This document shows, piece by piece, positions 27,899 to 37,470 of a DNA stretch of 64,000 nucleotides. Made by a program: the position numbers and the translations under genes. The stretch's first letter is position 1. Each line of letters starts with the position of its first letter. This DNA comes from a virus. A model generated the notes under the pieces. That model was not told the origin of the DNA and did not search any database. It was given only the letters and a program-made list of their open reading frames with translations. The stretch is from positions 64,001 to 128,000 of the IMG/VR virus record IMGVR_UViG_3300047558_000077, one strand, 5' to 3'.

Positions 27899-29905
27899 AT
27901 GAAGAAAATCGTATTTACATTTGGGCGATATAATCCGCCTACTACAGGTCACGCAGAACTAATCCTATACACAGCAAATCTTGCTAAAAGAACTGGTGCG
28001 GACCATCGCATCTACACCTCACAATCTCACGATCCTTCCAAGAATCCACTATCACCAAAACAAAAGATGGCATTTCTTCGTCAGATATTCCCTGGCGTAA
28101 ACTTTGTGGATGATCCATCTATGAAGACGGCATTTGCTATTGCCAAGAAATTGTCCGATGAAGGTTACGAAGATGTAACATTTGTGGTCGGTTCCGATCG
28201 TGTAAATGAGTTTTCAACACAACTTAGCAAGTATGTGAAGCCTAGAACAGCAAAAGACTTTGATCCCAAGAAGCATTATCCATTCAAGAAGTTTCAGGTA
28301 GTGTCATCTGGTGCCCGCAAGAAAGGCATTTCTGGCACCGATCTTAGAAATGCTGTCCGTAAAGGCGACTTTGCTACATTCGCCAAGGCATCGGCAGCGA
28401 GAGACAAGACATTGGCAAGAAAGATATATTCTGCTACCAAGTCACAACTAAATGAAGAAATGACTCGTAAAGAGTTTGACTCACATCTAAAGCGTTTCAT
28501 TGATTTCACCTGTCAGAAACTTGATATCAAGGAAGTTCCTTCACTCAAGTATAAAGAACCAACCGATCAAGGCGAGCAGCCATCTTTTGCTGCCTATTCT
28601 CCTGGTTCAAAAGAAGTTATCATTATGACCAAGAACCGTCATCCAATGGATGTGTTTAGATCGGTCGCACATGAGTTGGTTCATCATAAACAGAACGAAG
28701 ATGGCAAACTCGGTAAAGATGTTGCTAAAGAAGGTGCTACAGGTTCTCCAATAGAAGACGAAGCAAACTATATGGCAGGTCGTGTCATGCGTTGGTTTGG
28801 CAAGGCAAATCCAGATATGTTTGGTAAGTCATATGTTATTGAGAGCAAGGCTATTATTCTATCAGGTGTTCCTGGTAGCGGAAAAGACAAGATACTAAAA
28901 GAGACTATTCTTCCTCACGGCTACATTGAACTATCATCAGAGACATATAACACACCGACAGATAGATTGGTTGTTGTCAATGGCACAGCTAACTATGAAC
29001 GCATTCGTTTCATCAAAGAGGACCTAGAAAAAGCTGGTTACGAGACTATCATGGTCTTTGTTAATACTAGCAACGATGTTTCCAGACAGCGCAATGAAGC
29101 TAGGGCTGAAAAGGGTGGTCGTGTCATCAATGAAGCGGTTCGCTTTACTAAGTGGAAGAATGCACAAGATACGCTAGATCGTTATGATGATCTATTCGAA
29201 AGAGTGATTGTGGTTCAAAATGATCTAGACTTGAACCAGCCGCTAGAAGTCATTCAGGAGACACACAACAAACTGGTTGAAATGGTCTCCGAAGATATCC
29301 GTCAGTTCTCTCTAGCACCAGTTGATAGAAAATTTGAGAGTATGCTAGAAGGCTATTCCGACTTCTCACCTATACCAAAGAACAATCCTGTTGGTGGCGC
29401 TGGTAACTGGGGCACAAGCAAACTTACAGATCGTTATAAGAAAGACACACCAGGCCAGTTTCCTGGTAAGACAATTCAAATGGGCTATTTTCAGCCTAGA
29501 AAAGAAAAGACAAAAGTTAAGGTGTTTGGCAATCTACCCAAGTTTGGTGATAGACTTGGACCAACATACACATCCGCTAAGAATCCCTCATTTGTCGGCG
29601 ATATCACAAGCGATCAAAATGTATTCATGCCTGGCGAACCCATGCAAAAGTGGTCTGCAATTGATCGTTGGATGATGAAAGAAGAGACCCGCAAGAGATT
29701 TAAAGAGAAGTATGGAAAACTGGCCGAGCAAAAGATGAAAGAAACGGTCAATAAACTTAGAAAAGAAAGTCTAGTAGACCCATATATGGGTTCTCTAGGC
29801 ATGACTCCAAACGCATCTAATATTGACGATGTTAGACCTGACATTAATGCCGAGTTTGAGAAGATGACATTGTTTGGTAAAAGAAAATCAAAGAAAACTA
29901 AATAA
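27899..29905 (+). CDS. multidomain protein: cytidylyltransferase-like + HExxH peptidase-like + P-loop kinase
   Basis: FGRYNPPTTGH/VVGSDR/ISGT; AHELVH...EDEAN; GVPGSGKD; late promoter TATAAATA 27867. Confidence 0.75.
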   Translation: MKKIVFTFGRYNPPTTGHAELILYTANLAKRTGADHRIYTSQSHDPSKNPLSPKQKMAFLRQIFPGVNFVDDPSMKTAFAIAKKLSDEGYEDVTFVVGSDRVNEFSTQLSKYVKPRTAKDFDPKKHYPFKKFQVVSSGARKKGISGTDLRNAVRKGDFATFAKASAARDKTLARKIYSATKSQLNEEMTRKEFDSHLKRFIDFTCQKLDIKEVPSLKYKEPTDQGEQPSFAAYSPGSKEVIIMTKNRHPMDVFRSVAHELVHHKQNEDGKLGKDVAKEGATGSPIEDEANYMAGRVMRWFGKANPDMFGKSYVIESKAIILSGVPGSGKDKILKETILPHGYIELSSETYNTPTDRLVVVNGTANYERIRFIKEDLEKAGYETIMVFVNTSNDVSRQRNEARAEKGGRVINEAVRFTKWKNAQDTLDRYDDLFERVIVVQNDLDLNQPLEVIQETHNKLVEMVSEDIRQFSLAPVDRKFESMLEGYSDFSPIPKNNPVGGAGNWGTSKLTDRYKKDTPGQFPGKTIQMGYFQPRKEKTKVKVFGNLPKFGDRLGPTYTSAKNPSFVGDITSDQNVFMPGEPMQKWSAIDRWMMKEETRKRFKEKYGKLAEQKMKETVNKLRKESLVDPYMGSLGMTPNASNIDDVRPDINAEFEKMTLFGKRKSKKTK

Positions 29906-29947
29906 GTATATACCATATTATAGTCTCAGAAACAAAAGGAACCAAAA

Positions 29948-31072
29948 ATGAATAACCCATTTCTAACAAAGAAGGATTCGCTAGTAGAAGCAGTCCAGTC
30001 CGCCATGCAGGATGGTGAACTTCGTCGTCAGGCCGAGGCTCTTGTAAATGAAGAGTTCGGTGTTTATTCACGTAAGGCAGTTGTAAGAGAGCAACTAGCA
30101 GCATATGATGCTCGCCTTGAGGAAGCATACAAGTGTATGAAAGAGGCTCCAGATACCGGAGAATCTGATGCTCGTAAAACAGTAACATCAAGTAAAGAAG
30201 CAAAAGAAAAAGTTTTTGCTAAACATAAAGAAAGAGTGAAGAAACTTGCCGACAAGGACTATGACAAGGACGGCAAGATTGAGTCACCAAAGGACGAAGT
30301 TTGGGGTTCTCGTTTCCGTGCTGCTAAGATGGCAGGCAAGATGGAAGAAGAACAGATTGATGAAATCTCCAAAAAAACTTTAATGAGTTATCGTTCGAAA
30401 AGATTGAATCAGATTGACAAAATGTCAAAAGACATGAAGAGTTCATCTAAGTCAAAAGATGTTGAACCAGATAAGATTCGTAAAAGTCTAGTTGGAATAA
30501 AAACGGCTCACAAAAAACTTGCCAAAGAAGAAACGCAGATTGAAGAAGTATCAAAGCGTGCCGCTATCTCTGCCTATAGAGGTAAAGAGGGAGAGGAGCG
30601 TGATACATCAAAACTTCGTGGTCTAATCAAGAGAAAATGGGGCGAAAAGACTGCCAAGCACGCCGATCGTGCCGGTGCTAGAGACACTGGTAATCTAGTT
30701 CGTAGGGGTGAATCAAGCGGTACCGACCGTCTAGCAAGAGCAACATCATCTTCCGAAATGCGTAAGACCAAATCGGGTAAGGTTCATAAGCAAGATGTTG
30801 AGTCAAAGAAAAGTGAAATGAAATTCCGCAAGTCAATGAGCAAGTTTGATAAACCAAGAGGTCATCTACCAGAAGAAACAATGGATGAAGCAGCATATTC
30901 AGCAAAGGCTGCCCGTGCTGGCAAGGATATCGGAAAGCCAGGCAAGATGTTCTCTAAGATTGCTGCTAAGGCTGGCGAGAAGTATGGATCGGAAGAGCGT
31001 GGCAAGAAAGTTGCTGGTGCTATTCTAAAGCGTATTCGTGCCAAGCACATGAAGGAAGACCAGGATTTTTAG
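29948..31072 (+). CDS. charged internal head protein with repeated protease-site-like motifs
   Basis: EEQIDE, ETQIEE, ETMDE repeats; late promoter 29898. Confidence 0.55.
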   Translation: MNNPFLTKKDSLVEAVQSAMQDGELRRQAEALVNEEFGVYSRKAVVREQLAAYDARLEEAYKCMKEAPDTGESDARKTVTSSKEAKEKVFAKHKERVKKLADKDYDKDGKIESPKDEVWGSRFRAAKMAGKMEEEQIDEISKKTLMSYRSKRLNQIDKMSKDMKSSSKSKDVEPDKIRKSLVGIKTAHKKLAKEETQIEEVSKRAAISAYRGKEGEERDTSKLRGLIKRKWGEKTAKHADRAGARDTGNLVRRGESSGTDRLARATSSSEMRKTKSGKVHKQDVESKKSEMKFRKSMSKFDKPRGHLPEETMDEAAYSAKAARAGKDIGKPGKMFSKIAAKAGEKYGSEERGKKVAGAILKRIRAKHMKEDQDF

Positions 31073-31113
31073 ACGCACTGGAAACAGGTAAGTCGGTCAA
31101 TGAAGTTGTTTCT

Positions 31114-31524
31114 ATGTCACAACTAAATGCTTTCAGAAGCAAAGTTGGAAATAAAAATGCAACACTCGGACAATATATGAATGCCCAGAAAGGTCTAACC
31201 GCCCGTAAAGGTGGTGCTAATGACCCATCTATTATTCAGAGTAAATTAGGTGCTGGTAAAACTGCATATAATCCAAGTGCATCTAAACCTGATACCATAT
31301 CATCTGCTCAATATGATAAAGAAAGACAAATGGCTAAGCAGAATATGGCATCTAAACCTGTTGATACATCCGCTGCGGCACCAACACCAAAAGCAGGTGG
31401 ATTTTCATCAGCACCTGTGGTTCAGACTGATAAGTTCCAAAGAGATGACAAAAAGAAAACAGACGCACAACCTATGCAGGAAAGCTATGTTTTCGTAGGT
31501 GACAGTAAATATAGGATCGTATAA
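31114..31524 (+). CDS. hypothetical protein / probable -1 frameshift extension of upstream gene
   Basis: frame open from 31069, no evident RBS. Confidence 0.5.
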   Translation: MSQLNAFRSKVGNKNATLGQYMNAQKGLTARKGGANDPSIIQSKLGAGKTAYNPSASKPDTISSAQYDKERQMAKQNMASKPVDTSAAAPTPKAGGFSSAPVVQTDKFQRDDKKKTDAQPMQESYVFVGDSKYRIV

Positions 31525-31795
31525 TGGTATATAGACCAAAAAGAAGTTCGGTATTTGGAGTTAGAAAGTTGGGTGATCTAACTGATAGAGAAGCGTCACG
31601 CAAGGCTATTGGTAATCAAAATCTAACTCCAGGTAGATATGATGTTAATGAAGAAGCAAAGAAAGGGACACAGAAGTCCCTTTCAAAAATCAAAGCTGGC
31701 AAGGCTGAAACTGGTGGCACAGAGACACCAGTTGTTATAAATCCCGAAAAGCCTGACGCCATCGGCAAAACTTATAACTAAGAAGGAAAACTAAA

Positions 31796-32446
31796 ATGCC
31801 ACTATGGGGTAATTACGATAACGCAGCCAATTCAGACATTGGTGTGCTACCACAGGTAAATCATTCTGCTGCTAACACAACAGGTCGTGATCTACTATTT
31901 AATAACGTAACTGCTAACACAGTTGTAAAGAGTGCTAAGGGTGCTGGTAACGTAGTAGTTGGTCAGTTCCTTGCTAACACCGCAGAAATTCGTGCAGCTA
32001 ATGCAGGCGGTAAAGGTCATCCTCCACATGCTGGTTGGGTTCTACGTCACGAAGGTCGTGGTCTAAAAGCTGGTCGTGTATGGTACGAAACAATCGTCGC
32101 CATGGGTTCAGCTAAGAGCGATGCATCTGACGATACATACTTCCCGGATACATTTATTCAGATCACATCTAATCCATCTAGCAGCACATCAAACGTTGCA
32201 TCTAACGTAACATTTACTGTTGCTGCCACGTCAACACCATCTGCTACACTATCTTATCAGTGGCAGGTAAATAACAACGGTTGGCAGAATATCTCTTATG
32301 CTGCTGGTCAGTATTTCAATCCAACCACTGCTACACTTACAGCAAATAACGAGACAGCAAATGGCAATGTGTTCCGTGTTCTAGTAAGTTCAACTGGCGC
32401 AAACACAGTCAACTCCGCAAACGCTACCGTTCTTTACGTAGTATAA
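31796..32446 (+). CDS. virion structural protein with C-terminal Ig-like domain
   Basis: MPLWG start, HAGWV, ITSNP...VTFTVAA...LSYQWQ...FRVLV...SANATV. Confidence 0.7.
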   Translation: MPLWGNYDNAANSDIGVLPQVNHSAANTTGRDLLFNNVTANTVVKSAKGAGNVVVGQFLANTAEIRAANAGGKGHPPHAGWVLRHEGRGLKAGRVWYETIVAMGSAKSDASDDTYFPDTFIQITSNPSSSTSNVASNVTFTVAATSTPSATLSYQWQVNNNGWQNISYAAGQYFNPTTATLTANNETANGNVFRVLVSSTGANTVNSANATVLYVV

Positions 32447-32458
32447 GGAGTGATATAA

Positions 32459-33643
32459 ATGAAATCATTCCGCAATTTTATCAGTGAAGAAGTGCTTCCA
32501 TCAGTCCAAGTGGCTGATGGTAGCCTTGACATTAGCAAGCCAGCCGTTCGTGCTGCTATCAATGCTGCCATCGCTGGCGTTGTATCACAGCCTGCGGTCA
32601 CACCTTACGTTGTGTTCAATCGTTTATCAAAGCTATTAGCACAGTATCACATTGTTCTACCTAAGAGATTTCTTGAAGGTGATAAAGGTGTAGAAGTATT
32701 TGAGCTAAAGCAGTTTGGTCATCGTATGGGTATGACTGACTCCGGCGAGTTTATCAATGAAGTTCCAACAACTCATTATCTATTCTTGCAGTATGGTATT
32801 CTTACACCAATGGGTGTGACATATGCTAAGCCACTCGTTGGCGGTATGTTTCGTGTTACTGCTAGATTAGTTGATAAGGCAGAACTTGATAAGCTACTTG
32901 ACATGGCTGAAATCACAATGAGTGAAGAAGCCGAAGTTCGTCAGAAGGCAGCTAAGGCTATGGCTCCTAAAGAAGATCCACATACCGCTCTAGGTGACTG
33001 TGACTGTAGCCAAGGCGACTCACCAAGCACCAAGAAAGCAGTCAAGGTTTCTATGAAGAAGATTGACGAAGACAAAGATCCTTGTTGGAAGGGTTATGAG
33101 ATGGTTGGCATGAAGAAGAAGGGTGGCCGCAAGGTACCTAACTGTGTGCCAGTCGAGGAAGAAAAGTCTTTTAATGAAATGACTCCTTCTGAAAAGATGC
33201 AATGGATGAAGGATCAGGTTCAGAAGGGTAAAGAAGAAAAGAAGCGTCTAAGAAAATCTTTGAGAGAAAAGCCAAAGAAAAACATCAAAGAAGAACAGAT
33301 TGATGAGGTTTCTGCTGGTCTTGCTCGCCGTGCAGCACATCATGCCTTTGTAAAGTCAGACAAAATGAAGGCTGACGCCAAAAAAGAACCTGATATGCAT
33401 TCTTATGTTCAGGCAGTTCACAAAGGTGAAAAGAAGAGTAAGCAGGGTATCAAGTTCGCTAAGTATGCTGCCAAGAAGATGGAAGAAGCACAGATTGATG
33501 AAAAGGCTCCTCCAGGTGCCAAGTTTGAGCGTATGGTCAAACACATCAAGAAGGGCTATTCTAAGGACGGTCTAACTGCCAAGGAAAAGTCTATCGCTTA
33601 CGCTACAGCATGGAAAGCAAAGAAGCGTGAAGAAAATAAGTGA
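32459..33643 (+). CDS. internal head protein with repeated protease-site-like motifs
   Basis: MKSFRNFISEE start, DPCWKGY...VPNCVP module, EEQIDE/EAQIDE repeats. Confidence 0.55.
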   Translation: MKSFRNFISEEVLPSVQVADGSLDISKPAVRAAINAAIAGVVSQPAVTPYVVFNRLSKLLAQYHIVLPKRFLEGDKGVEVFELKQFGHRMGMTDSGEFINEVPTTHYLFLQYGILTPMGVTYAKPLVGGMFRVTARLVDKAELDKLLDMAEITMSEEAEVRQKAAKAMAPKEDPHTALGDCDCSQGDSPSTKKAVKVSMKKIDEDKDPCWKGYEMVGMKKKGGRKVPNCVPVEEEKSFNEMTPSEKMQWMKDQVQKGKEEKKRLRKSLREKPKKNIKEEQIDEVSAGLARRAAHHAFVKSDKMKADAKKEPDMHSYVQAVHKGEKKSKQGIKFAKYAAKKMEEAQIDEKAPPGAKFERMVKHIKKGYSKDGLTAKEKSIAYATAWKAKKREENK

Positions 33644-33881
33644 GCATCTAAAGAAAAGTAATACAACATACATGGCTCATTTGATTTGGGCCGTGTATGC
33701 TGGCTTTGTTCTAATAGGCACAGGTATTGCTTCTATTATACATGGTCTTGTACCGTCATTGTTTGAAGGCACAACCGCCAAGACAGTGATTGAAATGTTT
33801 TACAGAAGATTGTATAATCATCCAAGTAAAGAATATCAATACAAGATCATGAAGGAAATGAAAAGAGCCAAGAACTAAGTT

Positions 33882-34268
33882 ATGTTTGATTTGAACGATG
33901 GCAACTTTTTGATATATGCAGCAAAGCACTATGATCGTCCTCATATAATACAATCGGAGTTCGAGGATGATCTAAACCGTATCAAGTATGTCAAGAGGTT
34001 GCTTCGTAAGTATAGACAAACTGCCGAGTTCAAAGAACGTCTTGTTTTAAATCATGTAATCATTCTAGCAAATGTGTTTGGTGTAGAAGCCACAACTAAC
34101 ATGCTATTCTACAGAGTAGATAAAGAAGATTATCCGCTACTCAAAACTATTTTAATATATTTAAACTATATGCCGATACATCTAAACGTCACGTTTGATA
34201 AATACTACGTTAGACAAGAAGAGATTCCTGTAGACTTGTCTATAGCAGATAAATTGAGGAAGATATGA
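33882..34268 (+). CDS. conserved T4-like hypothetical protein
   Basis: NFLIYAAKHY...EFEDDL.RIKYVKRL...ERLVLNH.IIL.NVFG. Confidence 0.65.
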   Translation: MFDLNDGNFLIYAAKHYDRPHIIQSEFEDDLNRIKYVKRLLRKYRQTAEFKERLVLNHVIILANVFGVEATTNMLFYRVDKEDYPLLKTILIYLNYMPIHLNVTFDKYYVRQEEIPVDLSIADKLRKI

Positions 34269-34678
34269 TAGAAGAAGATGCACCTACAGTAAACGCTGGC
34301 TCTGGCAATATTGCTGGTCTTGGTGTAGGACCTCAAGGCGAGCCTGGTGTTTCTAGAAAAGCGCAAAGAAAGAAACAACGTAATGTGTCAACTCCAACAT
34401 CTGTCATTATAAATATGTTGAAACGTAAGGCACCTAATCCAATCGTAGAAGATTTTGGATCATTTGCCGGATCAGTAGTCTTTGAAGTATCTTCTAAAGT
34501 TTTTCACATGGCTAGAAATGAAAAGCGTAAAGGCAAGCATTGGCGAACATACTTAGACGAAGATGATTGTTTCGCCGATATTAGAGAATATGCCAAGAAG
34601 AACCCTGGGAAAGGAATTGTTCTACGAAATGAAAACACTGGTGAGATGTGTTATGCCCGCTATCCCAAGAAAAGATAG
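34265..34678 (+). CDS. conserved hypothetical protein
   Basis: EEDAPTVNAG.G.IAGLG. Confidence 0.55.
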   Translation: MIEEDAPTVNAGSGNIAGLGVGPQGEPGVSRKAQRKKQRNVSTPTSVIINMLKRKAPNPIVEDFGSFAGSVVFEVSSKVFHMARNEKRKGKHWRTYLDEDDCFADIREYAKKNPGKGIVLRNENTGEMCYARYPKKR

Positions 34679-34695
34679 ACAGGAAAGCAAAAGGA

Positions 34696-35043
34696 ATGGA
34701 AGCAACAATGGTTAATAACAACACCAACGATGATGATAATGCAGTTGGTGGTATTGTAGAAAAAGTTCCACACTTTATCACCGCTATTATTGCGGTAGGT
34801 GGTCTAATCGCTGCCTACTTTATGACCATTGGCGACTTCAAAATGAAGGACTTGGAACTTCAACAAAAAGTCACATATCTTGAATCAAAGGTAAATCGCA
34901 TAGAGGAAACAGTAGACTCCATCAAGTCAAAGTTGGACTCTCGTATTCCTGTTGTAGATAATGAGCGTCAGGATCTTCGTAAGGAAATAGATAACCTTAG
35001 AGAAGTCCTACAGCAAATGAAGCCTTACCTACAGAAAAAATAA
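34696..35043 (+). CDS. single-TM coiled-coil protein
   Basis: one TM then heptad repeats. Confidence 0.5.
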   Translation: MEATMVNNNTNDDDNAVGGIVEKVPHFITAIIAVGGLIAAYFMTIGDFKMKDLELQQKVTYLESKVNRIEETVDSIKSKLDSRIPVVDNERQDLRKEIDNLREVLQQMKPYLQKK

Positions 35044-35044
35044 C

Positions 35045-35073
35045 TTGACATTGTGATTAGGATGGTATATCAT
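35045..35073 (+). promoter_or_regulatory. sigma70-type promoter
   Basis: TTGACA-17-TATCAT upstream of primase. Confidence 0.6.
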
Positions 35074-35099
35074 GCTCTTTCATAATGCTCAGGTGACAA

Positions 35100-36113
35100 A
35101 TGACGGTATATGTAGATAAGAAATATGTTTCTCTCCTCGCTCCTAAACTCAAGCAGTTCAAGCAGCGGGGAGAATTTTTATGGAACTTTCGTTGTCCTGT
35201 ATGTGGAGACTCACACAAGGACAAACTGAAAGCCCGTGGATACATCTACAAGCGCAAAGAAAACTTTGGCTTTATGTGTCATAACTGCGGCAGTTCAATG
35301 TCGTTACAGAAGTTTATCAAGTATGTTGATCCGCACCTGTATAACGAATATCAGTTGGAATCATTTGTTCAGTCTAATACAACTAACACAAAGGTTGATG
35401 TGAATGATTTTGTTAGCAAGCCTAAGTTTGTTAGCAAACCAAAGTCTATTCTACAAACCGATGCTGTAAGATTAAATAGTCTAAATCCATACAATCCTGC
35501 TAGACAATATATGGAGAATAGAAAGGTTCCTATTGATGAACTATTCTATACGGAAGACTTTGCTAAGTTTGTTAGAGATATGTTTCCAGAGAATGACAAA
35601 ACACTATATAAAGAGTCACGCATCATCATTCCATTCTACGACAAGGAAGGCAATCTTCTAGGTGTCCAGGGTCGAGCAATCGGTCCTTCCAAAATCAAGT
35701 ATATAACGATCAAAGGCGATGAAACATATCCTAAGATATTTGGTTGGAATAGAGTTGATACTAGCAAAACTATGTATGTGGTTGAGGGACCCATCGATTC
35801 TCTTTTTCTTAACAATTGCGTGGCTACTATGGATGCAAGTCTGTATATTGCGCCTTCTATAGTAGGTCTTGACTTTGACTATGTTTTCTGCTACGATAAT
35901 GAATCTCGCAACAAGCAAATCGTAAGCAACATGCGGAAAACAATAGACATGGGTCGTAAGATTTGTGTATGGCCCGATACTATTGAGCAGAAAGATATCA
36001 ATGAGATGGTTTTGGCAGGAATGCATCCAAGTCAAATTCAACATATCATAGATAGTAACACGTATGAAGGACTGATAGCAACAATGAAAATGAACCAGTG
36101 GAGCCGAGTATGA
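35100..36113 (+). CDS. 61: DNA primase (gp61)
   Basis: CPVCGDS...CHNC zinc ribbon, QGR, VEGPIDS TOPRIM, KDINEM. Confidence 0.95.
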   Translation: MTVYVDKKYVSLLAPKLKQFKQRGEFLWNFRCPVCGDSHKDKLKARGYIYKRKENFGFMCHNCGSSMSLQKFIKYVDPHLYNEYQLESFVQSNTTNTKVDVNDFVSKPKFVSKPKSILQTDAVRLNSLNPYNPARQYMENRKVPIDELFYTEDFAKFVRDMFPENDKTLYKESRIIIPFYDKEGNLLGVQGRAIGPSKIKYITIKGDETYPKIFGWNRVDTSKTMYVVEGPIDSLFLNNCVATMDASLYIAPSIVGLDFDYVFCYDNESRNKQIVSNMRKTIDMGRKICVWPDTIEQKDINEMVLAGMHPSQIQHIIDSNTYEGLIATMKMNQWSRV

Positions 36114-36946
36114 ACACAGCGAAGATTATTGCGATAACACAGCCATTCGTAAAGACTGAGAACTATGATGAATACCTTTCTCTCTTAGAGAAGGGTGATA
36201 TATCTCCTGCGGAACGTCCGAACAAATATCTTACTGCCGAAGAGTTTATCGCATACACCGCCCGAGTATCAAATCCATCTAATCAGCATAACACACTAAC
36301 CGCACCAAAACTCCTAAAGTATCTAATCTCACATAAGCACTGGTCTCCTTTTGAGATGGTGTCTGTGACTATGGACATTGAAACAACTCGTGACATTGCT
36401 CACCAGATTGTTCGTCATCGTTCATTCTCATTTCAGGAGTTTAGTCAGCGTTATGCTGATCCCACAAAGGACATGGGTTTCGTAACAAGAGAAGCAAGGT
36501 TCCAAGATCACAAGAACCGTCAGAATAGTATTGATGTAGAAGAGATTGCCGATTTCCATACTGCATATACTATTAGAGACGATTTTACAGCACTACAATA
36601 CACAGTTATTGAACAGGCAAAAGTTGCTTATGATATAGCAATCAAGAATGGTATCGCCAAAGAACAAGCAAGAGCAGTTCTACCAGAAGGTCTAACCAAG
36701 ACTCGTCTATATATGTCAGGGACGCTTCGTTCTTGGATTCATTACATTGATGTTCGTGCCGAAGAAGGCACGCAGAAGGAACATCGTGAGATTGCTTTGG
36801 CGGCACAGAAAGAAATCTTGAAGCATTTCCCATCATTGGAAGAGTATTGGTTTCCAACTATGAGTTATTCTATTGAAAAAGTGGAACTCAATACAAAGAC
36901 AAGACCGTTTGGCGAAACTAAACCTTGGTGGAGATTTTGGTCATGA
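36110..36946 (+). CDS. thyX: flavin-dependent thymidylate synthase
   Basis: HWSPFE, RHRSFSFQEFSQRY. Confidence 0.95.
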   Translation: MNTAKIIAITQPFVKTENYDEYLSLLEKGDISPAERPNKYLTAEEFIAYTARVSNPSNQHNTLTAPKLLKYLISHKHWSPFEMVSVTMDIETTRDIAHQIVRHRSFSFQEFSQRYADPTKDMGFVTREARFQDHKNRQNSIDVEEIADFHTAYTIRDDFTALQYTVIEQAKVAYDIAIKNGIAKEQARAVLPEGLTKTRLYMSGTLRSWIHYIDVRAEEGTQKEHREIALAAQKEILKHFPSLEEYWFPTMSYSIEKVELNTKTRPFGETKPWWRFWS

Positions 36947-37470
36947 GTAAGCAACTTCTAAATCTAAGTTCAGAAGACTTTCATCAAAGATTTGGTGAAG
37001 TATATCGCCGAAATCTAGTAGACAAAAACATAAAGAGACCTTGCACTTTAGCACAATGGCAATCCCAGATAATCATTATTGGAGAACTGCCTACAAGTGG
37101 TTTGTCAATCTTTTGTGATATTAAAGATGTCCCATGGTGTTAGAATTGAAAGACTACATAAAGAACAACTATGGTAAATGTAAAGTCTATGATCCTAAGA
37201 TAAAAAACTCATGTTCATGTATGAAAGATGGATGGTTAGGTCTTGCGTGTCCTAACTGGCAACCTGTGGAATGGAATAGTTTTGAAGAACGAATTGAAGA
37301 ATTGAAAAGAAACAAAGAGGAAGAATAAAATGATTGAAGATATTGAACACTTCAAAAAGAAGTTAGAAGAAACTACAGACCCTATAGAAAGAAACAAATT
37401 AGTTAAGCAGATTGAACTATTGGAAGATGCTGTTGCGATCTATAGGCTTACACGACCAGAGGAAGAATAA

